Below are positions 37,459 to 44,917 of a DNA stretch of 64,000 nucleotides, in pieces. The position numbers were made by a program, and so were the translations under genes. Origin of the DNA: Bryobacteraceae bacterium (GTDB lineage Bacteria; Acidobacteriota; Terriglobia; Bryobacterales; Bryobacteraceae); contig DASXGT010000235.1 of assembly GCA_036488895.1 (NCBI GenBank), forward strand, positions 7,205 to 71,204, read 5' to 3'. The stretch's first letter is position 1. Each line of letters opens with the position of its first letter. The notes beneath the pieces were generated by a model. The model searched no databases. It was not told the DNA's origin and saw only the letters and a program-made list of their open reading frames with translations.

Positions 37459-37641
37459 ATGTTGAAGTTATTTGTAAAAGCTCACACCCTGCTGCAATCA
37501 CTGAAAGAAGATGAGAGCGGCCAGGACCTGATCGAGTACGCTCTGCTGCTCGGTCTTATTACGGTTGGGGCGATCGCCAGCATTACCGCACTCGGCGCCA
37601 GTATTGCCACTCAGTGGGCCGCTATCGCCGCTCAGCTCTAA
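37459..37641 (+). CDS. flp: Flp family type IVb pilin
   Basis: 60 aa. Flp motif ...DESG/QDLIEYALLLGLITVGAI (G/xxxxEY processing site followed by a hydrophobic helix). AGGAGA RBS at 37444-37449. This is an internal ATG of ORF 37297-37641. Confidence 0.9.
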   Translation: MLKLFVKAHTLLQSLKEDESGQDLIEYALLLGLITVGAIASITALGASIATQWAAIAAQL

Positions 37642-37684
37642 ACCACCGCTGTCAAAAGGTACAGTCGAATCACGCAACTTATCG

Positions 37685-37737
37685 GGGCGGAAGAAAGCAC
37701 TCGTTACCGCGGGTGTTCTCCTCCGCCCTTATTTTTT
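37685..37737 (+). terminator. Intrinsic terminator/attenuator downstream of flp
   Basis: GGGCGGA (37685-37691) pairs with TCCGCCC (37722-37728), with further imperfect inner pairing, and is followed by TTATTTTTT (37729-37737). The T tract ends 5 nt before the next ATG. Confidence 0.6.
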
Positions 37738-37742
37738 CGACC

Positions 37743-39050
37743 ATGAATCACGTACACACAGCCCCCCGGACTAGCCGCAATTTGAGGGACATCAATGTAC
37801 TTTGCTGGCTATTTTGCTTCCTTCTCGTGCTCCTGCCGGAAGGCCTTGGAATCAAGGCCAGCATCCAGAGCGGGTTATTTCGCCAGGTTCCCGACATATC
37901 GTTCGTCTATTTCTACAGCATGGGCCGGATGTTCAACGCATACCCTGCCGCCAAGGTCTACGATTACGAGCTACAAAAGAAAGTCTCTATGGAAGTACGT
38001 CCCGATGCGAAAGGGTACGGCCCCAATCCCTATTCGCCCTTGATCGGCATCCTGTTCCAGCCCTTCGCCCGCATGAGTTTCTTTGCGGCGGTTCTGCTCT
38101 GGTTATCGATTTCCTTTTTGATTTATCTGGCAGGCCTCTTCCTGTTCACCGGCCGCTTCATTCGCGGCGATCCTCTGCGGCGTTCGCTCATCTTCTGCTT
38201 CGCCCTGACCTACTGGCCTTTCATGCATTTCCTGACCACGGGTCAAATCGCGATGATCGGATTTTTCGCGCTGGCTCTGGCGTTTCGCGAGGACGATCGT
38301 GAGCGCCCCTTTCTGAGCGGGCTCGCGCTATCGATATGCCTGTACAAACCAACACTCCTGCTGCTCCTGCTCCCAATGCTCTTGATCACCAGGCGATATA
38401 AGACTCTGCTGGGCTTTGCTGCCGGCGCGCTGGCGCAAGCCATTTTGATCACATCCGTCGAAGGGCCAACCGTGTGGCCGGGCTACTTCCATCTGTTGCT
38501 CTCCTTCGGATCGGCGGCGGCAACGCGCACCCAGCACGCTTTTACGATATACAGCACTTCTTACGTGGACATGGTTTCATTCTTTTCTATCCTCCCCGGC
38601 GGCCATTCCTGGTTGGGCCGTGCCCTTCTGCTCGCATGCGCCGGAGGCGCGGCCTGGGCGCTGGTCCGGATCTGGTGGAACGCAAGACAAGCCGGCAAAG
38701 CGGCCAATACGCTGCTGTGGGCGGCGACGCTTACCTGGACGCTGGTGCTGAACACCTATGTCGGGTTGTGGGATTCCACTCCCATCGTGCTCAGCCTCAT
38801 CGCCACCGCTGCCGTTTTAAAACAATTTCCGAACAGCGCACTCGGGCGCTGGTTCACCTCCCTCTGGGTTTTGATTCTGGCCTGCTCGTATCTCACAACA
38901 ACCGTGGCGGATCATGCCGGAATTCAGATTCTCACCATATTGTTTGCCACGCTCGGAACGCTGCAGCTCGCTGCGTTGCGGAGACCGTGTATTAGGGAAA
39001 GCGAAGCACAGCGCGCCTTCGAGACTCGGCGAATACCGGCCCTGCCTTGA
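37743..39050 (+). CDS. Polytopic GT-C-like membrane glycosyltransferase (DUF2029/GT87-like)
   Basis: 435 aa from ATG 37743, with about 10 or more hydrophobic helices. The first-loop segment PDISFVYFYSMGRMF....KVYDYE resembles the DUF2029 signature (recalled, not searched). Confidence 0.55.
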   Translation: MNHVHTAPRTSRNLRDINVLCWLFCFLLVLLPEGLGIKASIQSGLFRQVPDISFVYFYSMGRMFNAYPAAKVYDYELQKKVSMEVRPDAKGYGPNPYSPLIGILFQPFARMSFFAAVLLWLSISFLIYLAGLFLFTGRFIRGDPLRRSLIFCFALTYWPFMHFLTTGQIAMIGFFALALAFREDDRERPFLSGLALSICLYKPTLLLLLLPMLLITRRYKTLLGFAAGALAQAILITSVEGPTVWPGYFHLLLSFGSAAATRTQHAFTIYSTSYVDMVSFFSILPGGHSWLGRALLLACAGGAAWALVRIWWNARQAGKAANTLLWAATLTWTLVLNTYVGLWDSTPIVLSLIATAAVLKQFPNSALGRWFTSLWVLILACSYLTTTVADHAGIQILTILFATLGTLQLAALRRPCIRESEAQRAFETRRIPALP

Positions 39051-39164
39051 CCTATGAATTAGTTAGCACCCAGCCGCATCTCGAAACTTCTGGCGGTAGT
39101 TTGCTGTCGCGACGGCCTGCTGCTCCGATTGAAGCTCGCGCTACCGTGGGGCTTGAGCCTCTAA

Positions 39165-40703
39165 CTACGCCACAGCCGCCAGGGCCTTTACCTTCTTCTG
39201 CGATTCTTCCAATGCCGCATCCAGCAAATACGGAACCCCGGGCAATGCCTTCGCGCGCACGAATATCTGGTAAGCGAATAGACCGCGCGCCAGCCGGATC
39301 AACAGCGCGTTGGCGGCGAGCAGGAAGCGGCTGAACCAATTGTCGCCGGCCGCCATCGGGAATGGCGCGGGCACGCCCTTCATCTCGCAAACTTGAAACC
39401 CGGCCTGCTCGATGCATCTCCGAAAGGAAGCGAACGTGTAGAGGCGCGTGTGCGTCACGTCCAGAATGCCGCGCTTGCCGTAATTGAATTGCCCCAGGAG
39501 CAGCATCAGCCTGGGCACGATGAACCCGACGTTGGCTGTACTCATCACCACTTCGGCCCCCGGGCTCTTGGCAAGGTGCTCACGCAGCTCATCGAGCAAC
39601 CGTTCGGGAGATGCCAGGTGCTCCAGTATGTCCAGGCACAAAACGACATCGTGGCGCCGCACCGGAATTCCTGAAAGACCCTGATTCAGGTCGGCCTGAT
39701 AGTAGTCGTCCAAAAAGCCTTTTTCATCGCCGGCCGCCGCTCCGCCCGGCGGAATCGCGTCCACGCCCGTCACGAAGCAGTGTTTGCGTTCCTTTAAAGC
39801 AGCGCCCATAAAACCGTCCGCACAGCCGAGGTCCAGTACACGTGCCCCCTCGGGGATCAGTCCGAGCGCCATGGAATGCGTGCTGCGATACCCAAACTTC
39901 GGCCGGTAGTGACCGAGCGGCTCCGGGGCGCAATCGAACCGGCGATCGTAAAACAGGCTCATCTCCTGCAGCCGTGACTTCAGCGTCGCCGATAACACAT
40001 TTAGCGCATAGCGGAGGCCGTTGACCCGGCAAATCTCATCGCCGTAGTAGGTCGGGATCGGCAACTCGGCCACCCGCAGCTTCGCGATGAAGAGCTGGAT
40101 GATGATCTCGGTGTCAAAGTGAAAATCGTTGGAATTGCGTTCAAAGGGAATCGACTGAAGCGCGGCGGTTGAGTATACTCTGTATCCCGAATGGAACTCG
40201 CTGAGGTTTGACCGCAGCGCCCGGTTCTGAATCCACGTCAGAATGCGGTTCCCGGCAAACTTATATAGCGGCATCCCGCCTCGAAGAGCCCCGAACGGCG
40301 TGAGCATCCGCGATCCGAACACGGCCGCCAGGCCCTCATCCTGAAACGAATCGAGCAGCTCCGGTAGACACTCCGGCGCGTACTGCGCGTCGCCGTGTAG
40401 CAAGGCTACCAAGTCGTAGCCGTTTTGCACCGCATAACGATAGCCGATTTTCTGGTTGCCTCCGTAGCCTTGATTGACCGGATTGACTAGTACTCGGACG
40501 TTGAACGGGACCCCGGCCCGTTTGCTCTCCTCATGCACCCTGGCAAAGGTCGAGTCTCTGGAGGCGTCATCGATGACCAGAACGTCCACGTGGTAACGGT
40601 TGAGAAGCCTGACGGGGATGCGCCGGATCACCTCCGCGATGGTGGCTTCGGCGTGGTATGCGGGTACGAAAATCAGGACCCGTTTCTTATTGCGAGGGTT
40701 CAC
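39165..40703 (-). CDS. Fusion of GT2 polyprenyl-phosphate glycosyltransferase-like domain and class I SAM methyltransferase domain
   Basis: 512 aa. The N-half is GT-A (VLIFVPAY...VLVIDDASRDST...LLHGDAQY). The C-half has methyltransferase motif I VLDLGCADGFMG. Confidence 0.85.
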   Translation of the reverse strand: MNPRNKKRVLIFVPAYHAEATIAEVIRRIPVRLLNRYHVDVLVIDDASRDSTFARVHEESKRAGVPFNVRVLVNPVNQGYGGNQKIGYRYAVQNGYDLVALLHGDAQYAPECLPELLDSFQDEGLAAVFGSRMLTPFGALRGGMPLYKFAGNRILTWIQNRALRSNLSEFHSGYRVYSTAALQSIPFERNSNDFHFDTEIIIQLFIAKLRVAELPIPTYYGDEICRVNGLRYALNVLSATLKSRLQEMSLFYDRRFDCAPEPLGHYRPKFGYRSTHSMALGLIPEGARVLDLGCADGFMGAALKERKHCFVTGVDAIPPGGAAAGDEKGFLDDYYQADLNQGLSGIPVRRHDVVLCLDILEHLASPERLLDELREHLAKSPGAEVVMSTANVGFIVPRLMLLLGQFNYGKRGILDVTHTRLYTFASFRRCIEQAGFQVCEMKGVPAPFPMAAGDNWFSRFLLAANALLIRLARGLFAYQIFVRAKALPGVPYLLDAALEESQKKVKALAAVA

Positions 40704-40844
40704 GATTTTACAGGGGCACTCGGCAAACCAAAGAGGTTGCCCAACTAAATCAATAACTTAGGAGCATCATCCAAACTGTCTTGTAAACGCCTGTACACAG
40801 GGGGCGTATGCGCGTTTACGATGGGCGCCGGCCCCTGGCATAAG

Positions 40845-42263
40845 CTAGCTCGCCGCAGCTTCGATCACGCGCGGAATTTCCACCGTCAACGGCGACAGCC
40901 GGATCAGCCGGTGCAGATAGGCGCGCGAGATGGACAGGCTCTGCGCGGCCAGCGTCTTGTTGCCGTTGCATTGTGCGATCGCTTCTTTCGCCAGCTTGAC
41001 CTTGTAATCATGGAGCAGGCGTTCGAAGGTGCTGGCCGGCAGTCCCTCATCGAATTCCGATACGTCCAGTTCCTGCAGCGTTTCCGGCAAATCGGCTGCT
41101 CGGATCGAGTCGCCGTCGGCAATAATAATCGCGCGCTGAATTACATTTTCCAGCTCGCGAACATTGCCGGGCCAGGAATAGTTTTCGAGCAGCAGCAACG
41201 CCTCCGGGTCAATCGTCTCGACCGGTTTGCGGTACATCTGCGAATAGCGCTGCAGGAAGTGCTGCGCCAGCAGGCAAATGTCTTCCATGTGGAGCCGCAG
41301 CGCCGGTGTACGAATATTTACCACGTTGATCCGGTAGTAAAGATCCTGGCGGAATTTGCCCTCGGTTACCATCTGTCCCAGATCGCGGTGGGTCGCGAGA
41401 ATGATGCGAGCCCGCAGTGGAATTAGGCGGCTGGATCCCAACCGGCTGAACTCCCGCTGCTGCAGCACACGCAGCAGCTTGACTTGCGTCTGCAAACTCA
41501 GCTCACCGATTTCGTCGAGGAACAGCGTACCGTCGCCCGCCTTCTCCAGGTAGCCTTCGCGCACGCCAACGGTTCCCGTGAAGGCCCCTTTCTCGTGTCC
41601 GAATAACTCCGCTTCGATCAACGTCTCGGGAATCGCGCCACAAGCGAGCGCCACAAACGGGCGCTTGGAGCGGTTTCCAATGTTGTGAATCGCTTGCGCT
41701 ACCAGCTCTTTGCCGGTGCCGCTTTCGCCCGTGACCAGGATGGGAGCATCCAGATTTGTCACTCGTCGGATGAGGTCGTAAACCGCCTGCATACATGCGC
41801 TCGATCCGGCGAGCTGGTCTAGACCGATCAGCTTTTGCAGTTGCCGGCGCGCGCTGTCGAGCTCCCCTTTCAACAACCGGCCGTCGTACGCGCGCCGCAG
41901 CACATTCCGCAGCTCCGGAATCACCGGCGGCTTGCGCGCGTAACTGTGAGCGCCGCGCTCCACCAGTTGCAAAGCCTTCTGGCGGTCCTTGTCGTCGGCC
42001 ATCACAATCACGGGCACCTCCCCGCTGAGTATTTCGTCGTAGTAAGCCTCACCGGAACAAAAACCGCAGTCCGCGTCGAGGATTAACGCATTGCATAGAC
42101 TGCCGGTTACCATTTCTTTGGCCCGCTCCGCATCGCTCGCCGTTAAAACGAGAAACTCGCGGCCGAGCGTGGAAGACAGCACCGACATCAGTTTCACGTC
42201 CTGCGACAACAGACCAATCCGAATCGGCTCACGACCCAAATTTGTTGACATATCTGCTGACAT
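40845..42263 (-). CDS. Sigma-54-dependent transcriptional activator (receiver-like N-domain, AAA+, Fis-type HTH)
   Basis: 472 aa with Walker A GESGTGKE, the GAFTG sigma-54 contact loop (EKGAFTGTVG), an ESELFGHEKGAFTG-type context and C-terminal HTH NKTLAAQSLSISRAYLHRLI. Confidence 0.9.
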   Translation of the reverse strand: MSADMSTNLGREPIRIGLLSQDVKLMSVLSSTLGREFLVLTASDAERAKEMVTGSLCNALILDADCGFCSGEAYYDEILSGEVPVIVMADDKDRQKALQLVERGAHSYARKPPVIPELRNVLRRAYDGRLLKGELDSARRQLQKLIGLDQLAGSSACMQAVYDLIRRVTNLDAPILVTGESGTGKELVAQAIHNIGNRSKRPFVALACGAIPETLIEAELFGHEKGAFTGTVGVREGYLEKAGDGTLFLDEIGELSLQTQVKLLRVLQQREFSRLGSSRLIPLRARIILATHRDLGQMVTEGKFRQDLYYRINVVNIRTPALRLHMEDICLLAQHFLQRYSQMYRKPVETIDPEALLLLENYSWPGNVRELENVIQRAIIIADGDSIRAADLPETLQELDVSEFDEGLPASTFERLLHDYKVKLAKEAIAQCNGNKTLAAQSLSISRAYLHRLIRLSPLTVEIPRVIEAAAS

Positions 42264-42338
42264 TTTCTTCTCGCTTCACAAGTATGACCTGGTAAAACTT
42301 CTAATCTCAATCGCAAGTTAGCCCATAAATACTAGAAA

Positions 42339-42503
42339 CTATATCCTCCAGTACCTTACTAAGGTCCTTGAAAAACCTGTCCCGTCGGCATCCCGGTCCT
42401 TTCGACGGTCGCGGCGGCCAGATCCTCGGGACCAACTTCGTATTCGCGAAGCGCGTAAGGGAATTTGCGCCTCATCAAGCAAGCGGACCGCGTTTGTTCT
42501 CAT
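42339..42503 (-). pseudogene. ybaK/ebsC (Cys-tRNA(Pro) deacylase) N-terminal remnant
   Basis: MRTNAVRLLDEAQIP then, after correcting 1-nt insertions, YALREYEVGPEDLAAATVERTGMPTGQVF, which follows the YbaK/EbsC N-terminus pattern. Homology ends after about 55 codons. Confidence 0.5.
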
Positions 42504-42806
42504 TAACCTCCGCCGCTTCACGGTATCCCTTAGACGTCCTCTCGAATGATAAGTTCTGTGGCTTCGTTCAGGTAGGGGTCAGGGCTTGTTGCAACTCCTG
42601 GTATTCGGGCCAAAGCCTGCTGTCCACAAAAGGACCTTGTAGCGAGCGATATGGTGTAACGAGCCACAATCTTTTCCCCGAACATTCTCACGGTAATGTG
42701 CGGCTGATTTTCCGCGCTGTTTACATATGGAATCGAGTGCCCGCCGGCAGCGGGATAGGATAGTTGCTTGTATAGGCACTACCGGTTCCCGAGGGGACAC
42801 GAAGAC

Positions 42807-43178
42807 TCAGTTCGGAGCGTCCGGTGAAGAACGCCGGGCGGTCATCGCGATTGAAAGCGCATGGCCTCCGCTCTGAAGCTTCACCCAAGAAATGGGCTTG
42901 TTGCCATGCTCCTGTTTTGTTGGGTCAGGAGGGAGCAAGGTAATGATTCGGACCCTGGAAAATAGCCAATACCGGAGCGGAACCCGGGCGGGTTTTCCGC
43001 GGGCAAAATGGCAGCGCAGTACACCTCCGGGGCCGAGATCCGGATGGAGAATCATCGGCACATGGCTCGCTGGAGGGCCGCTTGCATCAGCGGTCACCAC
43101 GGTGGCCAAAGGATGCCGGTGAATCAGGTCATGAAGAACTTCAGGCCGATCTTCCGCAAACAGGGAGGAACGGTACAC
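42807..43178 (-). pseudogene. PaiB-family FMN-binding regulator, multiply frameshifted
   Basis: The N-terminus MYRSSLFAEDRPEVLHDLIHRHPLATVVT...ASHVPMIL...CHFAR follows the PaiB pattern. The expected next block, VLAIFQGPNHYLAPS, is found in another frame, and PTKQEHG lies back in the first frame. Confidence 0.6.
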
Positions 43179-43181
43179 TAT

Positions 43182-43574
43182 TCAATTTACCTTTCGCGGC
43201 TCCAAGGTAAGCTGGTCGCCCACGGTCGTGGACGAGCGGTCTGCAGTACCAGCGGGAAGCTCCAGTACTGAACGCGCAACGAGACAGGCGGAGAGGCGCC
43301 AAGGCCGCAGGTTCCGCCGGATTTTCCGGACGCGCTGCGCCCGGTCGAGATAAAGGACATCGATCGGGAACTTCATAAACATCGTGTGAACGCCTTCACA
43401 GGGAGCGATCCACAATCCGCTTCCCTCTTCGAGGAAGTCGTGTTTAAGCAGGCCCGCACGGCGTTCGCGACTGGATCCGGCCAGAACAATACCGTCGCCC
43501 AGGCTGGTGTTCCGGGTTGCGTTAAGTACTGCGTAGGTCATGCGCTCACTAGTAGCAACGGGCGGCGGCCGCAA
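43182..43574 (-). CDS. DUF192 domain protein (copy B)
   Basis: 130 aa. RRAGLL...GLWIAPCEGVHTMFMKFPIDVLYLD...VLELP parallels copy A. By alignment with copy A the ATG at 43541 (MTYAVLN) may be the true start. Confidence 0.7.
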   Translation of the reverse strand: MRPPPVATSERMTYAVLNATRNTSLGDGIVLAGSSRERRAGLLKHDFLEEGSGLWIAPCEGVHTMFMKFPIDVLYLDRAQRVRKIRRNLRPWRLSACLVARSVLELPAGTADRSSTTVGDQLTLEPRKVN

Positions 43575-43915
43575 GGGCTCTTTCTCCAGCCGCTTTAAAA
43601 GTATTTACTCGAAATCATAGCAGGGCGCGCGCTCAGGGAAGAAGGACGACGCGCGGGACACTTCGACCGGGGCTTCAGAGATCCGGCCGGCCGCCAGGCG
43701 TTAGGCGGCCTGGATAATGCCGCAGCCAGGCAGGCGAAAGCACCGGGATTTGCACGGCGGCGAACTTTGTCTGGGCCGATTCTCTGGGTGACGGAGATGT
43801 TTCCAAGATTGTTTTTGCGGCCGGTCTTCAACTTCCCCAACTCCAACAGGAAGTGCTACAAATGCTTCAGCAGTCCACGTTCCAGATCTCGCTCCGGCTC
43901 TTGCGTAAGGCCAGC

Positions 43916-44917
43916 TTAGTTGTTACGGTAACCGGCAGCCTTACCGTCCCAGCGGCCAACATAAAACACAGCGCCGGGTTTGGCGGCGCGCAGTTTGGCT
44001 GCTCCTTTTTCACTGACGGCGGTGCCCTTTAAATCCGCTTCGCGCAGCGCAGGCAGGGCAATGATCGCACCCACCGCATCATCGTTAATCCGGTTGCAGC
44101 CCTGCACCTTCAGCTTCTCCAGTTTGGGCAGCGACTTCATCTGTTCCAGCCACTTCTGAGTCACACTCAAGGTACTGATCTCGCCGAACTTGGCGCCTTC
44201 GATTCCAACCGCGGTCGACGTGCAGCCGAACCTGAGTTCGTGCAGGTTCTTTAGCGTCAGCACTGCTTGGAGACCTACGTCCGACATAGCGATCGTCCAA
44301 ATGTTTTTATCGTTGCCCTGCCGGCCGCTCAGATCCAAATACGTTAAAGTGTTCATCTGGCGGAGCGCCTGCAAGCCGGCATCGCCCAGTTCATTGCCGC
44401 CCATGGTGAGTTCCTTCAGGTTTGTGAGCGAAGTCAACCGCTCCAGTCCCACGTCGGTCATCTGAGTGGACCCCACATTCAGCGATTCCAGTGTATTGAT
44501 TCCGGCGATATGTTCCAGCGCGGTATCACCCGCTTTGGTGCCGTGCAGATTCAAATGTTTGAGGCCTTTCCAATCCTTAATTGCCGCGACCCCTTCGTCC
44601 GTGACGTATTCAGCGAAATAAAGGTCCAGCGTGGTCACTCCGCGCAGGCCCTTAATCTCCTGCATGCCCTGATCCGTGATGTGCGTCAATGAGAGGTCCA
44701 GCTCATTCAAATCATGAAATTGATTGAGGCGGCGGAGGTCTGCATCGCTGACCCAGGTTCCGCGCAGGTTCACGGCTGAGACACCACCCCGGGCGTTGCG
44801 CGTCACGGACCCACCCAGGTCGCTGATCCACTGGGTGTCATCCGCCTTGCGGGTATTTACATCAGCGGCAAACGCCGGGATAACGCAGAGTAACAACATC
44901 AACAAAACAGTCTTCAT
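43916..44917 (-). CDS. Secreted leucine-rich repeat protein (RNI-like LRR)
   Basis: 333 aa with a signal peptide (MKTVLLMLLLCVIPAFA) and tandem repeats of about 24 residues (L..L.L..T.VTD.GL..L..L). Confidence 0.8.
   Translation of the reverse strand: MKTVLLMLLLCVIPAFAADVNTRKADDTQWISDLGGSVTRNARGGVSAVNLRGTWVSDADLRRLNQFHDLNELDLSLTHITDQGMQEIKGLRGVTTLDLYFAEYVTDEGVAAIKDWKGLKHLNLHGTKAGDTALEHIAGINTLESLNVGSTQMTDVGLERLTSLTNLKELTMGGNELGDAGLQALRQMNTLTYLDLSGRQGNDKNIWTIAMSDVGLQAVLTLKNLHELRFGCTSTAVGIEGAKFGEISTLSVTQKWLEQMKSLPKLEKLKVQGCNRINDDAVGAIIALPALREADLKGTAVSEKGAAKLRAAKPGAVFYVGRWDGKAAGYRNN

Noticed and set aside
40711-40726. GG-N10-GC match (TTGGTTTGCCGAGTGCC on the minus strand) upstream of the GT2-methyltransferase gene as a sigma-54 promoter
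   Set aside because: It matches only about 8 of 12 consensus positions and lies so close to the start codon that transcription would begin inside the ORF.
43595-43846. 83-aa minus-strand ORF upstream of DUF192 copy B
   Set aside because: It has Arg/Pro/Ala-rich shadow-like composition and no motif. The region is better treated as non-coding and regulatory; it contains the P2-like half-site.
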